This document shows, piece after piece, positions 1 to 8,997 of a stretch of 64,000 nucleotides of DNA (position 1 is the stretch's first letter; every line of letters begins with the position of its first letter). A model generated the notes under the pieces. It saw nothing but the letters and a program-made list of their open reading frames with translations. It had not been told where the DNA came from and searched no databases. The stretch covers positions 5,536,001-5,600,000 of the forward strand of contig OZ220744.1 of assembly GCA_965116925.1 (NCBI GenBank), written 5' to 3'. A program made the translations under genes and the position numbers. Origin of the DNA: Candidatus Poribacteria bacterium. GTDB lineage: Bacteria > Poribacteria > WGA-4E > PCPOR2b.

Positions 1-170
1 GCAGCGGGAATGAGCCCTCTGCCGAATAAGCCTCTTACGGCAGCGTCCGAACCTGCGCCAAAGATCCCCAGACCGGCAAGTGCAGCACCTTTGCCTATCG
101 TTGCAAGGAAATGCCGCCGCGAGGGAAGATCGGTTTCAGAACTGTTTGTAGAAATGTGCTTTTGTTTCAT
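1..170 (-). CDS. 5' part of a Tat-exported protein (runs off the window; possibly a molybdopterin/sulfite-oxidase-family enzyme)
   Basis: Not in the ORF track. Read manually on the minus strand: MKQKHISTNSSETDLPSRRHFLATIGKGAALAGLGIFGAGSDAAVRGLFGRGLIPA. Twin-arginine motif SRRHFL followed by a hydrophobic stretch; GGAGG RBS upstream of the ATG at 170. The family guess is weak. Confidence 0.7.
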   Translation of the reverse strand, partial: MKQKHISTNSSETDLPSRRHFLATIGKGAALAGLGIFGAGSDAAVRGLFGRGLIPA

Positions 171-241
171 CGATCTGCCTCCACCTAACGCATAATTTCA
201 GGCAACAACGATGAGAGGGGTTACTCAGTTGTGTACCCTCA

Positions 242-442
242 TTAGACCTCTGGCTCATACCATATAGAAATAATAATTTTGCTTGGATCCGCACTGCCTC
301 CACATGCTGATTGCTTTATATCTATGATTTTGATTCCAGGATTAGCATTAATCCAAGCATTAATCTCCCTTTCAAGGGACAATGCTGTTTTTGATATTCC
401 ACGAAAGTGACCGCCCGATATTGCAAATATTTTAGTTTTCAT
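242..442 (-). CDS. Small hypothetical protein (66 aa)
   Basis: ORF with AAGGA RBS; compact alpha/beta-looking sequence (LEREINAWI...IIDIKQS...IIISIWYE). Confidence 0.55.
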   Translation of the reverse strand: MKTKIFAISGGHFRGISKTALSLEREINAWINANPGIKIIDIKQSACGGSADPSKIIISIWYEPEV

Positions 443-594
443 GATGATTCCTTTTTTGTTATTACAGACTTAACGAAAAAGTTCAGTTGTGGTAGGGGCG
501 TCCAAATACCCCCAACAACCCCAAACCTACCGCAACCCAAAAACATTGATAAAACTGCAAATCTCCACCGTTAATCGCAGCGTGGGGTTAGGAT

Positions 595-1545
595 CTAATC
601 AGTTCCTTTTTTCAGCTTTATTGTTTCCTTATCAAAGTCAAACTCCTCTTGTATTTCCGTTTGTTCCTCGCCATATAATTTTTGAACTGATTCCTCGAAT
701 TTGTCAATTAAGGGGTCATGGTGATTAAGAAACCATCTCTTATGGTTCTCAAGATATTCTTGTCTGACTTTTTTCGTGTTCAAATCCAAGGGAATGCGTT
801 CCATTCGGGGATCTATGCTATCAAACCCTGTGAATTCACTATTTAGGCGTTCCTTAATCATTTTAACGTATTCTGGATTTAATTCGATACCAACGCAATC
901 TCTGTTTAATTGCTGGCATACTCTTAAAGTGGTGCCGCTGCCCGCGAACGGATCCAAGACTACATCTCCTTCATCGGACGATGCAAGTACCATTCTTTCG
1001 ATTAAGCCCTCTGGCTTCTGTGTGGGATGATTTTGTCTGTTTTCGTTGCAATAATGCACATGAGAAAATTGCCACACATCTCCTGGGTTTGCCCCTCTCA
1101 TATTGTTGCGCTCACGATAGTATTTCTGAGGTACTCTTATATTGTCTAGGTTGAACTTAAACGTTTTGCCTTTGGTAAACATTAGAATGTCGTCATGTCT
1201 CGGAGAGAACCCCTTTGTCTTTCCCATCCCTTGTGTGTAGTGCCAGCAAATCCAACTGTTGAAACACATCTGAAGTTCGCGGTCAAGTATATCGTACAGA
1301 TAAGAGATAAGTCGAAAGCCCATAAACACATAAATTGTTCCCGTTGGCTTAAGAATTCTACGAACTTCTGTTAACCAGAGTGTTGAGAACTTGAGGTACT
1401 CGTCGAATTCCTTCCGGTCGTAGTTGTTGCCATATTCTTTACCTAAGTTATACGGTGGGTCAGCGATAATAAGGTCTACTGATTCACTAGGGATACGAAG
1501 GAGGTGTTCCAGAGCGTCTCCCTCAATAATTTGTAGGTTACTCAT
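595..1545 (-). CDS. Site-specific DNA methyltransferase, N4-C/N6-A beta class
   Basis: Motif IV DPPY near the N-terminus, HPTQKP, and motif I DPFAGSGTT near the C-terminus (beta order). Confidence 0.93.
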   Translation of the reverse strand: MSNLQIIEGDALEHLLRIPSESVDLIIADPPYNLGKEYGNNYDRKEFDEYLKFSTLWLTEVRRILKPTGTIYVFMGFRLISYLYDILDRELQMCFNSWICWHYTQGMGKTKGFSPRHDDILMFTKGKTFKFNLDNIRVPQKYYRERNNMRGANPGDVWQFSHVHYCNENRQNHPTQKPEGLIERMVLASSDEGDVVLDPFAGSGTTLRVCQQLNRDCVGIELNPEYVKMIKERLNSEFTGFDSIDPRMERIPLDLNTKKVRQEYLENHKRWFLNHHDPLIDKFEESVQKLYGEEQTEIQEEFDFDKETIKLKKGTD

Positions 1546-1577
1546 TCCGGTTTTCCCCGTTGATAGAGATATAAAAT

Positions 1578-2357
1578 TCAGCCATCATATTTTATCCAAC
1601 CATATTTTATCGCAAGATTCAGCCAATCTTGGGTCGTTTTTCTGGTAGAACTAAGATATTTGCGGTCTAACAGTTGGCAAAACTCCCAAGTTGTTCTTCT
1701 TGTCAACGAAATATAATGAATATCTTTCACCTGAATCTGTCCCGTCCCAAGGGCTGGATTGTAATTGAAATCTTTTGAGGAAAGATACTTGAGATCATAA
1801 GCATTATATGCAACAATCTCCATAATCCCGTCCATTAATCCCGAAGTCGGATTCCTTGTTGAATAAACCCGATATTTAAGCGAAAGTATCACAAAGATGT
1901 AGTCTGGATCTTCAATATATGCAGAGCGAATACGACCAAAAGAGGTAATGTTGGGAGATTTGCCACTTGACTCGATATCCTCCGATGTAGATTTAACATC
2001 TACCTCCGCCGTAACACCCGATTCGATCTTACCTTCCCTCCTAAATTGGAGAATAACATCTGCTCTATGAAGCCGCTCTTGCGATTCGACATTAATTAAA
2101 CGGTATTTGTTACCTTGGTTCTTCACTACCTCATGGAACTTTTCAAGAACCCAAGCCTCCACAAAAGGGCCGGCGATTTTGTTGATATTTTCCATCGGTA
2201 GCCCCAACTTGAGGTTGGTATTGATGATGATTTTGTTTCTGCCGTTTTCAATTGCTTCTTGAATGATAAATTCGACCGCAGAAGTCACAAACTCTGAACA
2301 CTCTGGATAATCTTCATTTTCCTGTGGGATTTTAAACTCGAGTTCGTCGTACTCCAT
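1578..2357 (-). CDS. Putative type II restriction endonuclease (PD-(D/E)xK fold)
   Basis: ADV...EVDVKST catalytic-like motif; directly upstream of the MTase; start moved to the ATG at 2357 (AGGAG RBS). Confidence 0.7.
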   Translation of the reverse strand: MEYDELEFKIPQENEDYPECSEFVTSAVEFIIQEAIENGRNKIIINTNLKLGLPMENINKIAGPFVEAWVLEKFHEVVKNQGNKYRLINVESQERLHRADVILQFRREGKIESGVTAEVDVKSTSEDIESSGKSPNITSFGRIRSAYIEDPDYIFVILSLKYRVYSTRNPTSGLMDGIMEIVAYNAYDLKYLSSKDFNYNPALGTGQIQVKDIHYISLTRRTTWEFCQLLDRKYLSSTRKTTQDWLNLAIKYGWIKYDG

Positions 2358-2474
2358 GAAAACTCCTAATAGAGTTGAGCAGTGGCCTAACCCTTTACCA
2401 TATCCTACCACAATTACGCGGTATTTGGATTAGCGGGAAACGCTGCATAAAATAGCGTTGGGCACTGCGTCGAG

Positions 2475-3428
2475 TTACCGTCTGAGCACTTCCTCACGAT
2501 GCCAAGCTAAGGCATCTTGAGCTGGGTAAAGTTGATCGCGTCCCGGCAACAGGATGGATTTGTCCTGAAGTTCTGTTAACGTCCACTCCGTGGGTCGTCG
2601 ATTAGACATGAGCGGCGAAACAAGGACTTGATAGGTTTTACTCAAGGAGATTAATCCTTTATCAAAACTCCAATGGTGCAATTTGCAGAGAGAGATTCCA
2701 TTCCGTACATCGTCATTCTTTGAAATGCGAAATGGGATAATATGTGCAGCGTCAGTCGCGCTTTCTCCATCCATTGTCACAATACGCAGCCGACAGACAG
2801 CGCAGGTGTAATTGTACAATCCCATGATCGCTTGTCGGAACCCTACACTACGAATTGGCGATTCTTCTGGGATTGGTGGCGTCGGTTTCTGAAGTGAAAA
2901 GGGTTGTTCAACTTCGCTGATTAGTGACTGTTCATACTCTGTAATCTGTTTTCCTTCTGCGATGAGATCTTCGATTCCACCCTTGAACTCTATAAGATAG
3001 ACGTAGATAAGGGTCTGACGGATTATCTCTCGATTACTGGCATCGGTAAGTAAAACAAAGAGGTCATCATCCAAACTCACGTATGCGATAACTTCACGGA
3101 GGCGAGAAATCGCTGTAATTCGATCGGCAACGTCTAATACCTTTTCGTATCCAGTGTTTGGGTGAAGATGCCAGAATCCATCACTTCTTAAGTGGAAAAA
3201 TGGCAGGGCGATATTAGGTTTTCGATCCGTTACTTTTGACCAGTATTTAATGAAGGTCTCTGCCAAGTCCGGGGAGAGGGAAATTTTGTTTTCTTGAATC
3301 TGCCCTCGCTCAATCAGTTCAATAACAGCTAACAGCAGGAGCGGCTTGTGAGGAGCGACTCCGTGTGCCCTGTCTACCCGCAAGCGTTTTATCTTTTGGA
3401 CATATTTTTCTAGGGTATCGGTGGACAT
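2475..3428 (-). CDS. SBD-HNH endonuclease (putative phosphorothioate-DNA-dependent type IV restriction enzyme)
   Basis: N-terminal APHKPLLLLA and PFFHLRSDGFWHL motifs typical of the sulfur-binding domain; C-terminal CAVC...AAHIIP...NGISLCKLHHWSFDKG HNH domain. Confidence 0.82.
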   Translation of the reverse strand: MSTDTLEKYVQKIKRLRVDRAHGVAPHKPLLLLAVIELIERGQIQENKISLSPDLAETFIKYWSKVTDRKPNIALPFFHLRSDGFWHLHPNTGYEKVLDVADRITAISRLREVIAYVSLDDDLFVLLTDASNREIIRQTLIYVYLIEFKGGIEDLIAEGKQITEYEQSLISEVEQPFSLQKPTPPIPEESPIRSVGFRQAIMGLYNYTCAVCRLRIVTMDGESATDAAHIIPFRISKNDDVRNGISLCKLHHWSFDKGLISLSKTYQVLVSPLMSNRRPTEWTLTELQDKSILLPGRDQLYPAQDALAWHREEVLRR

Positions 3429-3494
3429 CTTTTTTTATATCCTACGACGATTACTCAGGGCTGATCAGCTGTAAAGTCTCTTGCCGTTTAATCT

Positions 3495-4496
3495 TCAATG
3501 AAAGCGGGCTGGCAGGTCACGCACCGCCTCAATGATTCTATCCTCCAGATCATCAGCGTTGCTGTCTGGCGCCCGGTTATGTCTATCCATCCAAGCGATA
3601 TTTTCTGCAACACTCTCCACAGCCGGCGTTTCTGGCTGAAATTCGGGGATGTCTTTCGAGAGTTTTGCGCCGGTATAGATCTGCGTGTGACCGAAGTTTC
3701 CGCTTAACCCTCGGAACCGTTCCGGCGCAATAGCGACGAGTGTCTCTTGGGGGACATGCACAATTTCGGCTTCGACGCCCAACGCTTGAGCGACGGTATG
3801 GTGCCATTCGTCCCATGTCCGTGCCTCTGGGTGGACGATGTTGTAGGCTTGACCGAAACATTCTGACCTGCCAAGTGCCTCTACAAATCCTACCCCTGCG
3901 TCACGCGATGCGAGAAATTGGAAGTAGTTTAGTCCGTCTCCTGCTGACAGGATCGGCTTGCCTTTGCGTAGGCGATCAATCCAACTCCCGTCGCCCCCGA
4001 CCTGTCGATGCACTAGCATACCGGGGCCGTGCGTGTAGGACGGCTTGAAGATTGTTACGGGAAAACCGTCTTCGGCGTGTGCGTCTAAAAGTAGCTGATC
4101 CGCAGCGATCTTGCCTCGCCCATATTCAGATGTCCCATTCAGCGGCGCGGTTTCGGGAATGTTGACGCCGCTAAACGGAAAGGGCGGTCCATAGGTCATC
4201 ACCGTAGAGCAGTGGATGAATCCGTCCACCCGTCCGCGAAACGCTCGTAAGGCGGAGGCGGCATCGTTAGCGTTATAGGAGATCATGTCGATGATGGCGT
4301 CGAACTTTTCGGCACGCATCTTGTTCTCAAAATCGTCACGGTCTTGACGATCTCCGTGGATGACCTGTATATCCGGTGGGGGTGCGTCTGGGTGCTGCCC
4401 GCGATTAAACATCACCACCTCGTGATTCCGCTTGTGCAGTGCTGCGACGATTCCACGGCTGATATTTCCGGTGCCACCAATAATTAACACTTTCAT
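3495..4496 (-). CDS. NAD-dependent epimerase/dehydratase family protein
   Basis: IGGTGNIS Rossmann motif; YGRGK (YxxxK). Confidence 0.88.
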   Translation of the reverse strand: MKVLIIGGTGNISRGIVAALHKRNHEVVMFNRGQHPDAPPPDIQVIHGDRQDRDDFENKMRAEKFDAIIDMISYNANDAASALRAFRGRVDGFIHCSTVMTYGPPFPFSGVNIPETAPLNGTSEYGRGKIAADQLLLDAHAEDGFPVTIFKPSYTHGPGMLVHRQVGGDGSWIDRLRKGKPILSAGDGLNYFQFLASRDAGVGFVEALGRSECFGQAYNIVHPEARTWDEWHHTVAQALGVEAEIVHVPQETLVAIAPERFRGLSGNFGHTQIYTGAKLSKDIPEFQPETPAVESVAENIAWMDRHNRAPDSNADDLEDRIIEAVRDLPARFH

Positions 4497-4664
4497 ACTT
4501 GAACACCCTTTTCCTATTGCGGATTAAACAGACGGTACAGATGACACAGAGAAAACGAGAAAACGGGAAAACGAGACGGAAAGAAAAAACTTTGCGCCCT
4601 TGTGCCTTAGCGACTTTGCGTTTCACTCGCGCAGATTCGTGGAAAAATCTGTTTCAACCTGTAA

Positions 4665-5441
4665 TCAACGTCCCTCTGGGATTTCGGGCCAATTGTATTC
4701 CGGGCGGTAGCCCAGTTCCTCCACAGTCTGTTTCCAATCGAATCGAGAATCCTCACGCCCCGCGACCACGTGGTAAGAACCGTACATCACATCTTGGGTT
4801 TCGATTGCCAACTCAACCGCTTGTGCAACGTCGCGTGGGTCAACATATACAAACCACGGTTCGGTTGGCCCGGCTTGGTCTAAATTGTCCGGTGCTTTGG
4901 GACCGGGATTATGCCCATCACCGGCGATGACACCGGGCCGCAGGTGGATAACGCTCAACCCGTGCGCTTGGTAGTATGCCTCTCCAACCTGTTCACCCAA
5001 GTATTTCGCAAGGGCATAGTACAGCCCACCCGAATTGAACGTAAACGGCGCACCGACACGGTAGGGCAGCTCAGCCTCCGGAAGCGGGCTACAGGCGGAG
5101 ATACTTGAAATGTTGACAAGCCTTTGCACTCCACCCGTCGCGCAGGCTTCGGCGATGTTCCACGTTCCCTTGACCATCACATCGGCGAATAACCATGCCG
5201 GCTTGTCGAAACGCTCGCGCACCAACGCCACGAGGTGAACAACGGCATCGTGTCCTTCACAAATCTTTTCAATCTCCTCATAGTTCATTAGATCCGCTTG
5301 CACAAAGGGCAGATCGTTGAAGTCCGGCTTTGGCTCGACCCTATCGGTGAGCGTAAGTTCATATTTGGATCGGAGGCGATTGATGATGAAACCGGCGAGA
5401 TACCCTGCTGCACCGGTGATGAGGATTTTCTTGATTTTCAT
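4665..5441 (-). CDS. NAD-dependent epimerase/dehydrogenase (extended SDR)
   Basis: ITGAAGYLA; YALAK. Confidence 0.85.
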   Translation of the reverse strand: MKIKKILITGAAGYLAGFIINRLRSKYELTLTDRVEPKPDFNDLPFVQADLMNYEEIEKICEGHDAVVHLVALVRERFDKPAWLFADVMVKGTWNIAEACATGGVQRLVNISSISACSPLPEAELPYRVGAPFTFNSGGLYYALAKYLGEQVGEAYYQAHGLSVIHLRPGVIAGDGHNPGPKAPDNLDQAGPTEPWFVYVDPRDVAQAVELAIETQDVMYGSYHVVAGREDSRFDWKQTVEELGYRPEYNWPEIPEGR

Positions 5442-5508
5442 GCGTGAATTTTTTCTCCCTAGCAGATAGATGCTGTAAACGAGCGAGGTCAGAAACCTTG
5501 TGCCCAGA

Positions 5509-5536
5509 GTTACGGCACACGGAGTGTGCCTACTAC
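5509..5536. repeat. GTAG-type REP-like hairpin, copy 1
   Basis: GTTACGGCACACGGAGTGTGCCTACTAC; second copy at 7949-7976. Confidence 0.75.
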
Positions 5537-5549
5537 TATTAATGTCTAT

Positions 5550-6566
5550 TTATTTTTCGATTCCACTATAATCGACTTTTACAAAGCCGCCGGTGTCTTG
5601 GCTTTTGATAGCTGCCTCTATTAATGCGAGGGTGTGCATCGCGTCTCCAAAGTCCGACCGAATCAGCGAGCGGTCGCCTGTTTCGATGGCGCGAAGCCAT
5701 GCGTGAATCTTATCAAGCCCGATGCTATTTTCAGGGGGCACGGATTCATTAAAGTCGTTTCCATGCAAATGACCGACGATTCGGTCGCCGTTTCGACCTC
5801 CTCGTGCGTCTGCCCGAAGGCGTAAATGCGGACCGATAACCTCTAGCTCGAAACCGTTTCCTTTCGTACCGCAGTGGTTTATGTGCGTACCGAATACACC
5901 GTTCTCAAGTTCGTACATCATCTGGATAGCGTTTTCAGCGTCAAACTCGGTTCGATCCAGTGCCATATTCTTGGCACCGATTGCGTGTGCCTGAACTGGC
6001 TTGACGTTCCCCATGACAAAGCGGGCACAATCAAGGATATGAATCGCTTGCTCGGCGAGGGGACCTCCGCTGATTTGGTGCTGCAAGAACCACGGTGACA
6101 TCCGAAAGCTGAGGTAATACTCGACTGTACAGACTGTGTGAACGAGATGCACCGTTTCATCAGCCAACAACTCTTTGAATCTCTCGTAGATTGAGCCGTA
6201 ACGTAGTTGAAAGCTGACCGCATTAATCACCCCAGCATCCTCAATATGTGCAAGGCATGCACGTGCATCAGCCATGTTTAGGGCGGGCGGTTTTTCAATC
6301 ATCAGGTGGATACCGCGTTCACAAGCCCCCCGCACCGGCTCAAGACGCACAGGGGGTGGTGTGGTGATGATCAATCCATCCATTTCAGCATCAAAGAACC
6401 GCTCAAGGTCATCCGTGGCGATTTTCGCACCTGCTCTCGTCCCAAGTTCCTGGGCCGCCGGTAGATGTATATCGTGAACTGCAACAACTTGTGCGCCGTA
6501 GTCAGCAACTCTACCTTCATGGCGGTTTCCCATCACTCCGGCACCGACAATTCCAATTTTTAGCAT
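5550..6566 (-). CDS. Gfo/Idh/MocA family oxidoreductase
   Basis: IGIVGAGVMG; IEKPP; GGPLAEQAIH. Confidence 0.9.
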   Translation of the reverse strand: MLKIGIVGAGVMGNRHEGRVADYGAQVVAVHDIHLPAAQELGTRAGAKIATDDLERFFDAEMDGLIITTPPPVRLEPVRGACERGIHLMIEKPPALNMADARACLAHIEDAGVINAVSFQLRYGSIYERFKELLADETVHLVHTVCTVEYYLSFRMSPWFLQHQISGGPLAEQAIHILDCARFVMGNVKPVQAHAIGAKNMALDRTEFDAENAIQMMYELENGVFGTHINHCGTKGNGFELEVIGPHLRLRADARGGRNGDRIVGHLHGNDFNESVPPENSIGLDKIHAWLRAIETGDRSLIRSDFGDAMHTLALIEAAIKSQDTGGFVKVDYSGIEK

Positions 6567-6630
6567 GTTCCCTCCCTGTACCTCACACGAAAGAAAATCC
6601 TTTAGGACTTAGTTGAACAGCCAAAGCCCC

Positions 6631-6693
6631 GTAGTTCGACGATTCATCGCCTCTGGAACACCGTTGCCAACGCCCGATAAATCGGGCAACTAC
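6631..6693. repeat. REP doublet (GTAG...CTAC, REPIN-like)
   Basis: GTAGTTCGACGATTCATCGCC...ACGCCCGATAAATCGGGCAACTAC; related inverted copies at about 49848-49911 and 52013-52072. Confidence 0.7.
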
Positions 6694-6706
6694 AATGCGG
6701 TGATTC

Positions 6707-7897
6707 TTACAACCATCCTGCAACTGCCCAGATCACACTTGCTCGACTGAAGGGTGCATCCTTGAGGGCATCGACCCCTGAAATCGGATGCCCCCCATAT
6801 TTACGCTCATAGGCTTCATGGATCTGGCGTTCAAACCCCGTTATCTCTTGAATCGGCAAGGTTATCCACGCGCTCCCGCGTCGGGCACTCTCCCGAATTG
6901 CGATCCACAATTCCAGATCTCGCCGGGCGTTGATGGAGCCGTATGCAGGCTGAATATCCTCCGTCACGGCGCGATACATACTGTGGAGGATGCTCGCTTT
7001 GGCAACGTCGTCCGATGCAGAGATCTTGTATTTGGCAAACGGGTTCGACCACACGATCGGCGGAGAGGTTTCTATCCGAACATAGTCTAACACCTGTTCG
7101 CCGTCAATTTCTGTATAAACGTCCTCAATTTGGTGACTCCCACCATTGTTATAAAGGGTTAGTTGGTCCCCGGAGAGATGTCCCTCTGTGCCTTCAATCT
7201 CCCAGTAGCTGCCACGCGCTCCCGGCGGTGGCATCTCGTAGAGGCAGGTGATTCCTCCCGGAAACTCAATGATACCGGACTCCCACCACCGTGTCTTCAT
7301 CGCTTCGTCACCGTAGCCGGTGTAGGGCTGTGTCGGTACTTCAGCTGCGTATCCCAAAACGCGTATCGGTTCGCAGCCGAGGATCATACGGATCGCGTTG
7401 ATGCCGTGATAGCTGCCCGATGCGTACCAGAGCCGCGCATGTCGAATTTTTCCGAGTAATCCCGCCCGGACAATTTTCTGTTTCAACTGCTCATGGGGCC
7501 AGTGCCAGACATTTTCGGCGATTTCGTATTTGACACCGTTCTGTTGGCATGTTTCCGTAATGGCATCTGCTATCGGCAGCGAGACAGCGATCGGAATTTC
7601 GGTGATGACGTTGATCCGGTGCTTAGCAACCGTCATCGCCATGACGTTGAGCGAATCGGTTGGCGTCAGACAGAAGACCACATCCAGCGTTTCGGACTGA
7701 AGCATCTCCTCGACATCTGTGTATTGCGCTGGGATGTCGTAGGTTTCGGCTGCGGCACGACATGCCTCGGCGTTTCTGTCGCAGATGGCGCAGAATGTGT
7801 AGAGGTCTGTCAGTTGCTTGATGACCGCCTGATAGGCGCGTGAGCGGGAGGTTTCGTAAGTCCCCGCACCGATTACAGCAATTCGTAAAGGGTTCAT
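6707..7897 (-). CDS. Gfo/Idh/MocA family oxidoreductase
   Basis: IAVIGAG; TEIPIA (variant of EKP); AENV. Confidence 0.85.
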   Translation of the reverse strand: MNPLRIAVIGAGTYETSRSRAYQAVIKQLTDLYTFCAICDRNAEACRAAAETYDIPAQYTDVEEMLQSETLDVVFCLTPTDSLNVMAMTVAKHRINVITEIPIAVSLPIADAITETCQQNGVKYEIAENVWHWPHEQLKQKIVRAGLLGKIRHARLWYASGSYHGINAIRMILGCEPIRVLGYAAEVPTQPYTGYGDEAMKTRWWESGIIEFPGGITCLYEMPPPGARGSYWEIEGTEGHLSGDQLTLYNNGGSHQIEDVYTEIDGEQVLDYVRIETSPPIVWSNPFAKYKISASDDVAKASILHSMYRAVTEDIQPAYGSINARRDLELWIAIRESARRGSAWITLPIQEITGFERQIHEAYERKYGGHPISGVDALKDAPFSRASVIWAVAGWL

Positions 7898-7948
7898 CGG
7901 TATCTCCTCTGGATGCGCGAAATTATAAGTTGGTTCATTGGTTCAAGG

Positions 7949-7976
7949 GTTACGGCATACGGAGTATGCCTACTAC
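7949..7976. repeat. GTAG-type REP-like hairpin, copy 2
   Basis: GTTACGGCATACGGAGTATGCCTACTAC; differs from 5509-5536 by a compensatory C-G to T-A stem change. Confidence 0.75.
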
Positions 7977-7989
7977 TATATTGCGTGCT

Positions 7990-8979
7990 CTACTTCTGAG
8001 ACAGGGTTTGGACCAACCATGGCAGCGACTGTTCTCCTGAAAAGAGGTGTCCGGCCTCAAATTCTTGTAGGGTAATCTGATCACTGGCATTCGCAGCGCG
8101 ATAAATACGCTGCGCCATCTCAAAGGCGGGGTGTACCGGGCGACTCACGTCCGCTGTCCCCCACTCCACAAAGATTGGACGCGGCGCGATAAGCCCCGCG
8201 ATGTCGGGCATCTCACAGAGTTCGCCGATGCCTTTCGGATGGTGACAGATACAGTGCCCAAACCATGAGGTCTGTGCGAAGGTGGTAAAATAGCCGCTTA
8301 ATACCGCTGCTTGAACCCGTTCATCCAGTGCGGCGTGGACGATGCCAAGCCAGCAACCGCCGGATAAACCTGCAATCCCGATTCGATTTTCATCCACCTC
8401 TGGCAGGCTTTGGAGGTAATCCACACCCCGCATCAGGTCATAGACCCGATACCCTGTCAGATCGTATCCGAGATAGTTCAAGCGTCGCCAGAGGAAATCA
8501 CAACCGCCCGACGGGTGAGCGCGTTCGCCCATCCCAGCGTTATCGGGGCACAACGTGATGACGCCCTGCTCTGCGAGATCACGACCGTAAGGGGCACCGA
8601 ACCCTCCATCGCCGGAGATAACGCTCTCTTTACCGCCCGGCACATGTCCGTGGATGCAGAGGACAGCTGGCATCTTCCCCATTGCACTTTTGGGAATTGA
8701 CAGATAAGCGGGAATCGGAGCGTCCTCTCGTGAGTGGTAGATCACTTTGTGAATCGTAATTTTGTCGTTCGATTCGGTGGAGATGATTTGCGGGTTTAGA
8801 GGGAACGCTTCATCCGGGAAGGGTCCAAGCTGCGCTCGCAGTTCGGGGAGCAGTTGGGTTCGCCAATCCCGCCACGCATCAACCGTATTCCCATCGAATG
8901 ATAGACGGGGTTTATGGTTTACAAAATCGTGATCGAGGAGTTCTGCCGATGAAAATTGCATCTCAGATGATGGAGGCAT
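7990..8979 (-). CDS. Alpha/beta hydrolase (dienelactone hydrolase/acetylxylan-esterase-like)
   Basis: GLSGG nucleophile elbow; LIAPRP; C-terminal GH. Confidence 0.85.
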   Translation of the reverse strand: MPPSSEMQFSSAELLDHDFVNHKPRLSFDGNTVDAWRDWRTQLLPELRAQLGPFPDEAFPLNPQIISTESNDKITIHKVIYHSREDAPIPAYLSIPKSAMGKMPAVLCIHGHVPGGKESVISGDGGFGAPYGRDLAEQGVITLCPDNAGMGERAHPSGGCDFLWRRLNYLGYDLTGYRVYDLMRGVDYLQSLPEVDENRIGIAGLSGGCWLGIVHAALDERVQAAVLSGYFTTFAQTSWFGHCICHHPKGIGELCEMPDIAGLIAPRPIFVEWGTADVSRPVHPAFEMAQRIYRAANASDQITLQEFEAGHLFSGEQSLPWLVQTLSQK

Positions 8980-8997
8980 GGTTTAGCTCTCCTGCTA

